From the NCBI GenBank assembly GCA_039802605.1, contig JBDRWW010000003.1:1-64000 (forward strand): a DNA stretch of 64,000 nt. Direction: 5' to 3'. Under the pieces are notes generated by a model. That model saw only the letters and a list, made by a program, of their open reading frames with translations, was not told the origin of the DNA and made no database searches. Each line of letters starts with the position of its first letter. Position 1 is the stretch's first letter. The position numbers were made by a program, and so were the translations under genes. Shown piece after piece: positions 34,457 through 44,257 of this stretch. The DNA is from a candidate division WOR-3 bacterium. Its GTDB lineage: Bacteria; Hydrothermota; Hydrothermia; LBFQ01.

Positions 34457-35803
34457 TTATTCTAAACCCGTATAAACCCATATACTCCCATCCCCACCTT
34501 CAAAAAGCAACCTCAATTTGAGTCTTTTGACCAAATAATCCTTATCGGGCAAATAGCCCCTGTGAATCCCGTTAATCCAAACTATAACCCCATTTCTCTT
34601 GGCCATGGTATCCCTTAAAGCCTCAATTTCTTCATAGAAATTCGGGTTTTTTCTCGCATTGTGCGGTTCGTAAATCCTCGGAATAAATTCCGCATAAATT
34701 CCGGTTCTATACCATATAAAATCCGGGGCGTTTGAATAAACATACCTTTCCTTTAAACCTTTTAACATTTCCACAAATTTCGGATCGGAAAACCTTATAG
34801 AGTTATACCCCTCAACCCTGTAATGCCTCATATCCCTTATGTATCCGTATGCAATCGGTGATAGTATTGACAAAAATAGAAAATTCCCAAAACGGCTAAC
34901 CGCCAAAATTATAAGGATAAACGATAAGAAGTAAATGGGTGAAAGTATCCTAAGGTTTGGGGTTGTTGAATGGTCGTAAAATGTTATGCTTGCCGTTAAG
35001 AGGAGACCATAGGATGATACGAGGAGGGTTAAAGGTTTAGTAATCTTTAACCTTTTTGAAACCAAAATTGCAAAAACCATAACAAAGGTGAATATTGCGA
35101 TTTTTAATTCCACACTTTCCGGATACCAAAGCCAATTTATGCCAAAAAATCCGTATAAAGTTTCGGAAAATACCCGCAGGTGTTCGGAGTTTGGTGGATG
35201 ATATGCTATATCCCTCCAAGATAAAGCGTTTGTAAGCATATTTCTGACCTTCCAAAATATAAAGGGCAGCGTTGATAGCACCAAAATTATCGGCTTTTCC
35301 GCCATAACCCAAGAGAATATTCCGCTGTACCTTATAATGGGCATTGCCCCCGTCAAGAAGGTTAGAGGTATCAACCTACCCTTAATCCAGAAGTATATGG
35401 TTAGGAGTAAAATGGGCACAAAAAGGGCTTCACTCCATAAATGCGTGAATACATTTATATAAACGGGTGATAAACTAACCACCAAAACGCCTATATATGC
35501 CTTTATGCCCTTCAATTTTCCCGCTTCAAGGATTTTTAGGATTATAACATTTGTGATAAAGGCCAAAATGGGATTTGCAACTTTTGGATTTAAAAACGAT
35601 ATAAAAAGGGGATAACCCCAAGGCCAGTGTTCTATGGGGATTCTCTTTCCGCAACCCGCATAAATGCATACACAGAACGAATTCCTTATATTTTCCGCCA
35701 TCTGTAAGTATGCTACGGAATCCCCCATTGAGATCCCCAAACCATCCCTTGCGATGAAGTATATAATCGCTGCTGGGCCTATAAGCAATAAAATAAAGGG
35801 CAA
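34457..35803 (-). CDS. GT-C / ArnT-PMT-like membrane glycosyltransferase
   Basis: Multi-TM; DS..Y...A, HWP.GYP, WSEALF, RYSG motifs. Confidence 0.6.
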   Translation of the reverse strand: MPFILLLIGPAAIIYFIARDGLGISMGDSVAYLQMAENIRNSFCVCIYAGCGKRIPIEHWPWGYPLFISFLNPKVANPILAFITNVIILKILEAGKLKGIKAYIGVLVVSLSPVYINVFTHLWSEALFVPILLLTIYFWIKGRLIPLTFLTGAMPIIRYSGIFSWVMAEKPIILVLSTLPFIFWKVRNMLTNALSWRDIAYHPPNSEHLRVFSETLYGFFGINWLWYPESVELKIAIFTFVMVFAILVSKRLKITKPLTLLVSSYGLLLTASITFYDHSTTPNLRILSPIYFLSFILIILAVSRFGNFLFLSILSPIAYGYIRDMRHYRVEGYNSIRFSDPKFVEMLKGLKERYVYSNAPDFIWYRTGIYAEFIPRIYEPHNARKNPNFYEEIEALRDTMAKRNGVIVWINGIHRGYLPDKDYLVKRLKLRLLFEGGDGSIWVYTGLE

Positions 35804-35848
35804 GTAAGATATTATAAAATCGTTTCAGCCTTAAAATACCCACTTGAT

Positions 35849-35933
<85 letters not shown>

Positions 35934-35935
35934 TT

Positions 35936-36763
35936 ATAAAAATCCGTAAATCCCTAAAATTCTTAATAGCAATTGTGGGCTTTTTGTTTGCCTTTTACCC
36001 GATTTTCAAAGGGGGGTTCAAAGGTATAAGTTTTAACCCACTTTTTCTGCTAATTTCTTTTTTCACTCTGATGTTTTCATATGTATTTTTGCCCATAGTT
36101 TGGTTTTTTGTCGCCCGTTCCTTCGGAATACCGATAACATTTAAGGAGAGTGTGGTTTCTTGGTATGTTTCATCCATAGGGAGGTATATACCGGGGAAGG
36201 TTTGGCAATTTGCGGGGAGGGTATCAAGTTTAAACCATCCGGCCGGAAAGGTTGTAAGCGCTATGGTTTATGAACACCTCGTTTTAATGCTTTCCGCCGC
36301 AATGTTTTCGTTTATATATACCAGGTACCCCTTCATTCAGGGTTTCACATTTTTAATCCTTCTCCTTATAACCATAATCTGGGGATATTCTGTAAAGTTC
36401 CTCCAAAGGTTTAACCCCAATCTCTCATATGCCCCAAAAAACGCAAAACTCGTTTTTCTATCCGTTTTGTTTTCCACTATTTACTGGATTTTTTCAAGCC
36501 TATCCGCATATTTTGTTTCTCTAAGTTTGTTCTCAAACTACGGATATAGGTATATAGCATTCGTATTTTCCTTTTCTTTTGTGGCCTCTTATGTTCTACC
36601 CTTAACACCTGCGGGTTTGGGTATAAGGGAGGGTATAATATCCGCTTTAATGGGATATAACATACAATCTTCAACCTTTTCAATCTTAACCCGTTTAGTT
36701 ATTACCGCTGTGGATATTGCGATGCTGATTTTTGCTTTAATTTACAACAGATTCGCCAAATAA
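35936..36763 (+). CDS. Lysylphosphatidylglycerol-synthase TM / flippase-like membrane protein (start uncertain)
   Basis: GRYIPGKVW and TPAGLGIREG motifs; ORF-track start lies inside tRNA-Leu. Confidence 0.7.
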   Translation: MKIRKSLKFLIAIVGFLFAFYPIFKGGFKGISFNPLFLLISFFTLMFSYVFLPIVWFFVARSFGIPITFKESVVSWYVSSIGRYIPGKVWQFAGRVSSLNHPAGKVVSAMVYEHLVLMLSAAMFSFIYTRYPFIQGFTFLILLLITIIWGYSVKFLQRFNPNLSYAPKNAKLVFLSVLFSTIYWIFSSLSAYFVSLSLFSNYGYRYIAFVFSFSFVASYVLPLTPAGLGIREGIISALMGYNIQSSTFSILTRLVITAVDIAMLIFALIYNRFAK

Positions 36764-37602
36764 ACCCCGCCGTATAACGCGGAATGTTCAAGTTTAGCCT
36801 TTAAAACCGGAACCTCCACCTTATACGCAACCTTTCTTTTGAGAATTTCCCGTTTCATAGATTCTTCAAACAGATCGTACGCATTTGATATTCCACCACC
36901 CAAAACGATAACCCCGGGGTCAAATACAGAGATTATATTGGATATGAGAACCCCCAAGTACCTCCCGTATTCATCCCATAGGGTTTTTGCCAAACTCGAA
37001 CCCATTCTGGCCTTATCTTCAAGAACCTTCATATCCGTAGGTGGGTTTTGGCCAAACCTTATAAACACCCTCCTCGCCCTCTCCACAAAATACGCTTCTC
37101 CCAAGAAGCTTTCGGCACAACCAAAAGAACCGCAATTACATGGAGGTCCGTTTATGTCTATGCATATATGTCCGAGTTCTCCGGCAAATCCGTTTTTACC
37201 CCTTAAAAGTTTCCCATCTATAACTACACCCCCTCCCACACCCGTTCCCAAGGTTATACCTACGGCAATCTTATACCCCTTGGCCGCACCGTAATGGTAT
37301 TCACCGAGTATAAAGAGGTTTGCATCGTTTTCAATTATTGGGAAGTATTCCTTAAACTCCTCGTATAAGTTTAAACCCTCCCACCTCGGAAGGTTCGGGG
37401 CGTGTATTACAATGCCGTTTTCCAACATTCCCGCAAAGCCCAAAACGAGCCTATCAAACTTAAAATCCTTCAAAAACTCCCGAAAATCGCTTATGGAATA
37501 CAGGTAATCGGATCTAACAAAACCTTTCTTTTCTAACTCTTCATTGGCAAATAAACCCCACTTAACCCTTGTCCCGCCGAAATCAACGACTAAGGTTTTC
37601 AC
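36742..37602 (-). CDS. ROK-family sugar kinase
   Basis: DFGGT, ENDAN, TLGTGVGGG, GELGH, CNCG..GC.E. Confidence 0.92.
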   Translation of the reverse strand: MKTLVVDFGGTRVKWGLFANEELEKKGFVRSDYLYSISDFREFLKDFKFDRLVLGFAGMLENGIVIHAPNLPRWEGLNLYEEFKEYFPIIENDANLFILGEYHYGAAKGYKIAVGITLGTGVGGGVVIDGKLLRGKNGFAGELGHICIDINGPPCNCGSFGCAESFLGEAYFVERARRVFIRFGQNPPTDMKVLEDKARMGSSLAKTLWDEYGRYLGVLISNIISVFDPGVIVLGGGISNAYDLFEESMKREILKRKVAYKVEVPVLKAKLEHSALYGGVYLANLL

Positions 37603-37937
37603 TCTATGAACTCTAAGCGGGAGATTTCCGCCGCATCACCCCTCCTAAAACCCAACCTTATAAACCTCACGCCTTTAACCTTAGGGGCAACCTCCATAAA
37701 GAGTTTATTCACATACTTCCTATCGCCCAAAACCTTGAAAGCCTTACGGCGGTTATGCACGGTATCCTCTTTGGCCAAGGATAGAAGGCGCTCTATTAAA
37801 GACTTCGCAGCCTTTGCCTTGACCGTTGTGGTTGTTATGGCACCGTGATCTATCATTTCCCTTGCCAAGTTCACCAACAATGCCCTCCTATGCTCCCTCT
37901 CCCTTCCGAGTTTTACCCTCTTATCCCTATGCCTCAT
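37599..37937 (-). CDS. rplQ: 50S ribosomal protein L17
   Basis: MRHR...KLGR...HRRAL, ITTT..KAK, RRGDAA. Confidence 0.97.
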   Translation of the reverse strand: MRHRDKRVKLGREREHRRALLVNLAREMIDHGAITTTTVKAKAAKSLIERLLSLAKEDTVHNRRKAFKVLGDRKYVNKLFMEVAPKVKGVRFIRLGFRRGDAAEISRLEFIE

Positions 37938-38940
37938 CTTTTAACTCCTCCAATTCCTTCCAATAATCCCTTCCCATTTCAAAACCAAGCCTTTTAACCG
38001 CGGTTTCTATTAGTACAACATCATCCTCCGAAAGCCCGAGTTCCTCACGCAAATCTTCCGGCTTATACTTTAAGAGTTCTCCGAATACGGTTATACCGGC
38101 CTTTTCTAAGGATTTTACGAGTTTTGAAGGTAGTTCGCTCCTAAGGATTGCCCCAATTGGGTCTTGTAATCTCCTCCTCTTAAACTCCAACTCCTCTTTG
38201 GGTAATAGCACCCTTATGGGCTTTATGGGTTTGTCAAGGACATTCTTCAAAGCCTGAAACTGGGATATGAGTATATCCACGGCTTCAAAGAAAACTTCCG
38301 AAGGCTTTTTTGAGCCATCCGTCCATATCTCCACGAACAACTTTTCCTTATCAAGCTTCCCCCCATATAGGAAATTTTCGGTGTAAAAGTTTGCCCTTAC
38401 AACCGGTGAGAATATTGCGTCCATATATATAATCCCTTCCGTATTTCCAAGGGTTTGCTCCAATATCTCACGGGTTTCATCCTCTAAAAGGTACCCCCTT
38501 CCATAGGCTAAATAAACTTCCCCTATTAGTTCTGCACTCTGATCGGATAATGTTGCTATCACCTGTTCTCCGTTCACAACCTCTATATCATTGGGCAAAT
38601 CCAAATCCTTGCCTTTAACCTCCTGTTCCCCCGTAAATTTCAGCTTTATCGGTACAACATTTTCAAAGGGCTTATTAACCTTAAAACGCAGCTTTTTTAG
38701 GTTTAAGATAATCGTGGGTACATCCTCTATTATTCCGGGGATACCGCTGAATTCGTGTTTTACGCCTTCAAACCTCGCGGCCACTAAGGCGGCACCGGAA
38801 GAGGATAGCATAACCGTCCTTCTAATGGAGTTTCCGAGGGTTATACCAAACCCCTTGGGTAAAGGGGCCATCTCAAACTTGCCGTAATTATCCTCCTCCT
38901 CATAATAAACACCGTTGCTTTTTAAAATATCGTTTAACAT
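37927..38940 (-). CDS. rpoA: RNA polymerase alpha subunit
   Basis: PL.KGFGITLGNSIRR, HEFS.IPG..EDV, D.IFSPV, IWTDGS; alpha-operon position. Confidence 0.96.
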   Translation of the reverse strand: MLNDILKSNGVYYEEEDNYGKFEMAPLPKGFGITLGNSIRRTVMLSSSGAALVAARFEGVKHEFSGIPGIIEDVPTIILNLKKLRFKVNKPFENVVPIKLKFTGEQEVKGKDLDLPNDIEVVNGEQVIATLSDQSAELIGEVYLAYGRGYLLEDETREILEQTLGNTEGIIYMDAIFSPVVRANFYTENFLYGGKLDKEKLFVEIWTDGSKKPSEVFFEAVDILISQFQALKNVLDKPIKPIRVLLPKEELEFKRRRLQDPIGAILRSELPSKLVKSLEKAGITVFGELLKYKPEDLREELGLSEDDVVLIETAVKRLGFEMGRDYWKELEELKDEA

Positions 38941-38955
38941 TTTCCCCTCCTTTTT

Positions 38956-39582
38956 TTACCTTGAATAGAACTCCACTATGAGCCTCTCGTTTATCGGATG
39001 CGTTATATCCTCCCTTTGCGGTAGTCTTACAACCTCGGCCTTAAGGGAATTCCTATCCACCTTTAACCAAGAGGGAACCGGCCTATTCATTTGCAAAGCA
39101 CCCTTTAACTCGGGGTTATCCTTAAAGTAATCAAAAACTTCTATAACATCCCCAACCTTTACGATATAAGATGGTATATCCACCCTTTGGCCGTTCACCT
39201 TAATATGCCCGTGCCTTACGAATTGTCTCGCCTGCCTCCTGTTTTTCGCGAAGCCGGCCCTGAAAACTACATTATCCAACCTCCTTTCCAACAGGGATAA
39301 GAAGTTCTCTCCGGTGTTTCCGGGCATGTTCTGGGCTATGCGGAAAAACCTCTTAAACTGGGCTTCAAGCATTCCGTACATCCACTTAACCTTTTGCTTT
39401 TCCCTTAACTGCTGACCGTATATTGAGAGTTTTACTTTTTTCTGCGTAGGACCGTGTTGACCCGGAGGATAAGGTCTCCTTTCAAAGGGGCATTTATTGG
39501 TAAAGCATTTCTCCCCTTTTAAGTATAACTTCTCACCAGTTCTCCTGCAAAGCCTGCAAACCGGACCTGTATACCTTGCCAT
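38956..39582 (-). CDS. rpsD: 30S ribosomal protein S4
   Basis: MARYTGPVCRLCRR, QLREKQK, LERRLDNVV, IVEFYSR. Confidence 0.98.
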   Translation of the reverse strand: MARYTGPVCRLCRRTGEKLYLKGEKCFTNKCPFERRPYPPGQHGPTQKKVKLSIYGQQLREKQKVKWMYGMLEAQFKRFFRIAQNMPGNTGENFLSLLERRLDNVVFRAGFAKNRRQARQFVRHGHIKVNGQRVDIPSYIVKVGDVIEVFDYFKDNPELKGALQMNRPVPSWLKVDRNSLKAEVVRLPQREDITHPINERLIVEFYSR

Positions 39583-39583
39583 A

Positions 39584-39964
39584 TTACACCGCCCTCTTCT
39601 TTGGTGGCCTTACCCCGTTATGGGGTATGGGTGTTACATCCTTTATCGCGATGACTTCTAATCCGGATGCAGCAACCGACCTTATGGCCGCCTCGCGACC
39701 CGGCCCGGCACCCTTCACCCTAATCTCTACCCTCTGCATACCCAAAGCCTTAGCCTGTTTGCATGCGGTTTCGGCCGCCTTTGATGCCGCAAATGGTGTG
39801 CTCTTTCTCGTACCCTTGAAGCCAACGGAACCCCCGGATGCCCAGGTTATAACATTCCCCTGTAAATCCGTAACGGTTACAATCGTATTGTTAAATGTTG
39901 ATTGTATATGAACTATGCCCTCTGCCGGCGCCTTCTTAGCTTTCTTCTTTCCCTTATTTGCCAT
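39584..39964 (-). CDS. rpsK: 30S ribosomal protein S11
   Basis: [25 protein letters not shown]. Confidence 0.98.
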   Translation of the reverse strand: MANKGKKKAKKAPAEGIVHIQSTFNNTIVTVTDLQGNVITWASGGSVGFKGTRKSTPFAASKAAETACKQAKALGMQRVEIRVKGAGPGREAAIRSVAASGLEVIAIKDVTPIPHNGVRPPKKRAV

Positions 39965-39976
39965 AACTACCCCCTT

Positions 39977-40354
39977 TTACTGTTGTTTCTTTTTTAACCT
40001 TGCAAATATGTTTCCGCGGGGACCCTTACGAGTCCGCGCGTTATGCCTCGTCCTCTGCCCCCTAACGGGCAATCCCAACTTGTGCCTTATACCGCGATAA
40101 CAATTTATGTCTATAAGCCTTTTGATATTCCTCTGAATCTCGGCTCTCAACGCACCCTCAACCCTGTAATTTTCAACCTCTTGCCTCAACTTTTGAATCT
40201 CCTCTTCCGTTAATTCCCTCGTTCTTTTACGGTAATCAATTCCCGTTTTGGCCAAAATCTTCATAGCCAAAGCCGGCCCTATCCCATAAATGTAGGATAA
40301 GGCTATCCACACCGGCTTATCCCTTGGAATATCAACCCCTGCTATCCTTGCCAT
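39977..40354 (-). CDS. rpsM: 30S ribosomal protein S13
   Basis: [32 protein letters not shown]. Confidence 0.98.
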   Translation of the reverse strand: MARIAGVDIPRDKPVWIALSYIYGIGPALAMKILAKTGIDYRKRTRELTEEEIQKLRQEVENYRVEGALRAEIQRNIKRLIDINCYRGIRHKLGLPVRGQRTRHNARTRKGPRGNIFARLKKKQQ

Positions 40355-40363
40355 TTTTCCCCC

Positions 40364-40480
40364 TTATCCTTGCCTTTGCTTATGTTTTGGATTCCGCGAA
40401 CATATAACATAAACGCGTCCCCGTCTCCGTATAACCTTGCAGTAAGCGCACCTCTTTTTCACCGAAGAATGCACCTTCAT
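40364..40480 (-). CDS. rpmJ: 50S ribosomal protein L36 (not in ORF track)
   Basis: Translates to [38 protein letters not shown]. Confidence 0.97.
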   Translation of the reverse strand: MKVHSSVKKRCAYCKVIRRRGRVYVICSRNPKHKQRQG

Positions 40481-40570
40481 AAGGTGGGTATTATATTGCC
40501 GTTTAATTTTTTATGGGAACATATAAACCAAAATTAACTACATTTATATCATTTTATAGTTTTATTTTCC

Positions 40571-40600
40571 TTGACACGGAAAACCTTTTAGCCTTAGAAT
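40571..40600 (+). promoter_or_regulatory. sigma70-type promoter
   Basis: TTGACA-18-TAGAAT followed by AGGAGG SD of the next ORF. Confidence 0.6.
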
Positions 40601-40622
40601 AACATCTGACAGGAGGTGGGAT

Positions 40623-40907
40623 ATGATAATGGTAGTAATAGCGCAAGTGGCAAATCCCTATGGGGTTTCAAGACCCCAAGATGTTATAAGGGTGAATATA
40701 TACGATGAGGCTTTTGCAAACTGCAACAGGTGTGTTGATAACCTGCAAAGGGAGATATACGAATACTTTTCTGGGAGTATAGAGTTTATAGCGTACTCCC
40801 AGTTGAAGAAATCGCTTATGATAAGGTATATAAACCCCATAGATACCGCGAAGTTGGGGGATATAATAAGGAAAGCGGGGGTAAAGGGGTATGAGATACG
40901 CTTTTAA
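40623..40907 (+). CDS. Small HMA-like CxxC protein
   Basis: CNRCVDNL and C-terminal L.DIIRKAG resemble a heavy-metal-associated domain; strong SD. Confidence 0.55.
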   Translation: MIMVVIAQVANPYGVSRPQDVIRVNIYDEAFANCNRCVDNLQREIYEYFSGSIEFIAYSQLKKSLMIRYINPIDTAKLGDIIRKAGVKGYEIRF

Positions 40908-42516
40908 GGTTTTTGCGCTATTGAGCCTTTTGGTTTTGGGGCTTAAAGCCCAAACATGGGCGGGATTAAGCACATACGGGGGTACAAATTACGATCAGAT
41001 GTGGGCCATAGATTTCATGGGAGGTACAACACCCGTTCTTGGAATGTTTACTATATCCTATTCAATAAGTGGGAGCGATGAGGACTATGTTTTGATAACA
41101 CCATCTTGGCAAAAGGTTATAGGGAATACGGGTGGAAGGGATGACTGGATGTATAAGACCCAATGGCTAAACAGTGGAAATATAGTTGTAGGTGGTGCTT
41201 GGTGCAACGATGGGGGCGCTGGTCCTGGTAGTTGTTATGCACCGTTATACGGTTTTGTTGTGGGTTTAAACTCTTCGGGTAATTTTCTGTGGGGTAGGCA
41301 TTTGGATTTTTCAAACCTATGGGGATGCTCTGGGAATACGAATAGACAAACGAGGGTAATGCATGTATCACCGACAAGCGATGGCGGATTTTTGGCGGCG
41401 GGGTTTTTGACATATAATATTGATGATGGTTGGGGAAGCTGTATTACCAACGATGCAGACGGTTTCATAGCCAAGTTTAACTCTACCGCTAATCTTCAAT
41501 GGATAAGGATAGTGGATTGGGCTGCGGATTGGAATATAGCCACTACGGCTTTTGAAACGACGGATGGCAATTATGTCCTTTTGGCTCCGAGTTGGTATGA
41601 GGTAGGGGTTTTAAAGTTTGACCCAAGTGGTAGCCTTATCTGGCAAAGGAGGTATCCGAGGAGTATAGCGACTTCAACGATAACATTTTCTTGGGGGAAG
41701 CTCACAAGCGATGGTGGTTTCATTTTGGCCACCCATATAGCGGGTTCTGGTGATGATGCCCTGTTTATGAAGTTTAATTCATCGGGCAATTTTGTATGCG
41801 CCGCAGTTATATCAACATCTGGTAACGATTACGGTATAGATGTGGTTGAAGGGCCTAACTGGTATTGGATGACTGGGAGTTTGGGTGTAAGCGGCAACGA
41901 TCTGTTTATAGCGAAGATAAGGAAAACCGATTGCAATGTTATAGAGGTTAGGAGATTACTTTCGGGTGCGGATGAACAGGGGAGGAGTATGGATATAAGG
42001 CCCGTTATGGGTATCCCTTATGTTGCGGGATATACAAACAACACCGCTTGGTCTGTCGGAAATTATGACGGTTTGGTTGCGGCGGATTCCGGAGGATTGG
42101 ATACATGCTATTGGAGAAATTATTCTCCAACAATAACCTACCCGACATTTAGCGCATCCGGTTCGTTTACCGTATATTATCCAAGCATGAGCACCAGCGG
42201 TTATACCGTAAGCGTTCAGAACATTTCGGTTGCACGCAGGATAAACTGCGGATTGGATCCTTTGGGTGAAGGGGATGAAGAATTGGGAATGGATGAAAGG
42301 TTTGTTAGTTGCGAGATAAACTATACGGTGATAGGGAATAACCTGAGGTTAAGGGTGAAGTCCGAAAGGGGTGTGGATGTGAAAATATACACGCCAAACG
42401 GCGTTAAGGTTTTCGATGAGGGGTTTGTAAAGTCAGGCGTGTATAACATACCTTTGAGAAGGGGTGTATATTTCTTGAAGGCCGGAGGTAAAACCGAGAA
42501 GATTGTTATCCTGTAA
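40891..42516 (+). CDS. Secreted beta-propeller-like protein with T9SS-like CTD
   Basis: Signal peptide ..LKA|Q; repeats TSDGGF / KFNSSG...W; C-terminus IYTPNG...RGVYFLK....KIVIL. Confidence 0.75.
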   Translation: MRYAFKVFALLSLLVLGLKAQTWAGLSTYGGTNYDQMWAIDFMGGTTPVLGMFTISYSISGSDEDYVLITPSWQKVIGNTGGRDDWMYKTQWLNSGNIVVGGAWCNDGGAGPGSCYAPLYGFVVGLNSSGNFLWGRHLDFSNLWGCSGNTNRQTRVMHVSPTSDGGFLAAGFLTYNIDDGWGSCITNDADGFIAKFNSTANLQWIRIVDWAADWNIATTAFETTDGNYVLLAPSWYEVGVLKFDPSGSLIWQRRYPRSIATSTITFSWGKLTSDGGFILATHIAGSGDDALFMKFNSSGNFVCAAVISTSGNDYGIDVVEGPNWYWMTGSLGVSGNDLFIAKIRKTDCNVIEVRRLLSGADEQGRSMDIRPVMGIPYVAGYTNNTAWSVGNYDGLVAADSGGLDTCYWRNYSPTITYPTFSASGSFTVYYPSMSTSGYTVSVQNISVARRINCGLDPLGEGDEELGMDERFVSCEINYTVIGNNLRLRVKSERGVDVKIYTPNGVKVFDEGFVKSGVYNIPLRRGVYFLKAGGKTEKIVIL

Positions 42517-42543
42517 AATTTACATCCTTAAAATTCCCGCCTT

Positions 42544-43284
42544 ATGAAGGTTTTAGTGTTTATAAAAAGGACACCGGATACTGCGGCCATCGTTAAACCC
42601 TCCCCCGATGGGAAGGATATAGACAGAACAAACATACCCTTTATAATAAACCCTTATGATGAATTTGCCGTTGAAGAGGCCATAAGGTTAAAGGAGAATA
42701 GGGGGGCGGAAACCGTTGTTATGTCCATAGGGGGCGATGATGTTAAGGAGCAGTTGAGGAGGGCCTTGGCCATGGGTATGGACAGGGCCATACTCGTAAA
42801 ATATCCCGAATACTGGAAATTAAACCCCTCTCAAATCGCGTATACAATAGTTGAGGTTGCAAGGAGGGAAAACCCAGACATGATCATAACGGGAAAACTT
42901 ACCATTGACGATTACACCTATTCCTTAGCCCCATATGTAGCCGAAAAACTCGGGTATAACCTCATAACATATGTAACAAAATTGGAATACCTTGACGGGA
43001 AGGTTAGAGCGGAAAGGGAAACGGATTTGGGTAGCGAAATATGGGAGGCGCCTTTCCCGGTTGTTATAAGCGCGGAGAGGGGTTTGAACGAGCCGAGACT
43101 ACCCAACATGAGGGGTATAATGATGGCAAAGAAAAAAGACATAGAAGAACTTGAAATAAACTTCCCCAAATACGATTACGCAATTGATAAATTCACACCC
43201 CCGCCCCCTCGTAAAGGGGTAAGACTTTTGAATTCGGTAGACGAGTTGATAAAAGTTCTCAAAGAGGAGGTAAAGATATTATGA
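42544..43284 (+). CDS. etfB: Electron transfer flavoprotein beta subunit
   Basis: K.TPDT, INPYDEFAVEEAIRLKE, ALAMGMD, NEPRLP..RGIM.AKKK. Confidence 0.95.
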   Translation: MKVLVFIKRTPDTAAIVKPSPDGKDIDRTNIPFIINPYDEFAVEEAIRLKENRGAETVVMSIGGDDVKEQLRRALAMGMDRAILVKYPEYWKLNPSQIAYTIVEVARRENPDMIITGKLTIDDYTYSLAPYVAEKLGYNLITYVTKLEYLDGKVRAERETDLGSEIWEAPFPVVISAERGLNEPRLPNMRGIMMAKKKDIEELEINFPKYDYAIDKFTPPPPRKGVRLLNSVDELIKVLKEEVKIL

Positions 43285-44237
43285 AGGCCTTGGTATTTGT
43301 TGAAACCTTAAAGGGTGTGGTTAGGGAGGCCTCATTGGAAACCATAAACTTTGCGAAGATCTTGGCGGATGAGGTTATAGGTGTTGTTGTGGGAAAGGGT
43401 GTCGAAGTAAAGGGTTTGAATAAACTTTATGTTTATGAGGATGAAAGGCTATTAATACCCATATCAAAGCCTGTGGCGGAGATTATAAAAGAAGTTCAAA
43501 AAAAGGAGAATGCAAAGTTTATAGTTCTGCCCGCAACCGGTTTTGGTAAGGAGTTGGGTGGAAGGCTTGCCGCCGCCTTTGATGCGCCTATATTGGACGA
43601 TTTTATGGCATACGAAAACGGATATTTTGTAAAGGGCTTTTATTCCAACAAGGTATTTGCCCATATCAGGATAGATGGGAATCCCGTTATACTTTCGGTA
43701 AGGCCTAGGGCGTTTAAGCCAGTTGAGGATGGGATATCGCCGGAAGTTATAAAGGTTAATATAAACTTACCCGAGGAATACTTCTCGGCAAAACCCGTTG
43801 AAATACACGAAAAGTCATCCGAAGAGGTGGATGTAACGGAGGCGGACATCGTGGTATCGGGTGGTAGGGGTATGGGAAGTCCCGAAAACTATCACAAATG
43901 GATAATAGCATTGAGGGATGCCGTTGCAAAGGCCACGGGCTTAAAGGTTGCAAACGGCGCTTCGAGGGCCGTGGTTGATGCGGGTTGGGTTGATCACTCC
44001 CATCAGGTTGGACAAACCGGTAAAACGGTTTCCCCCTTGGTTTATTTTGCCATAGGCATATCCGGGGCCATACAGCATCAGGCGGGTATGAGGACATCAA
44101 AAAACATTATAGCAATCAACAAGGACCCCGAAGCCCCAATATTTACGATTTCCGATTACGGCATTGTTTCCAAATGGGAGGATGTATTACCGGAATTGGT
44201 TGAGAAACTGAACAAGATAGCCGAGGAAAAGGTTTAA
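43281..44237 (+). CDS. etfA: Electron transfer flavoprotein alpha subunit
   Basis: VSGGRG, ASRAVVDAGW, QVGQTGK, GISGAIQH.AGM. Confidence 0.95.
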   Translation: MKALVFVETLKGVVREASLETINFAKILADEVIGVVVGKGVEVKGLNKLYVYEDERLLIPISKPVAEIIKEVQKKENAKFIVLPATGFGKELGGRLAAAFDAPILDDFMAYENGYFVKGFYSNKVFAHIRIDGNPVILSVRPRAFKPVEDGISPEVIKVNINLPEEYFSAKPVEIHEKSSEEVDVTEADIVVSGGRGMGSPENYHKWIIALRDAVAKATGLKVANGASRAVVDAGWVDHSHQVGQTGKTVSPLVYFAIGISGAIQHQAGMRTSKNIIAINKDPEAPIFTISDYGIVSKWEDVLPELVEKLNKIAEEKV

Positions 44238-44257
44238 CGGGTTTAAAATAACAAGTC

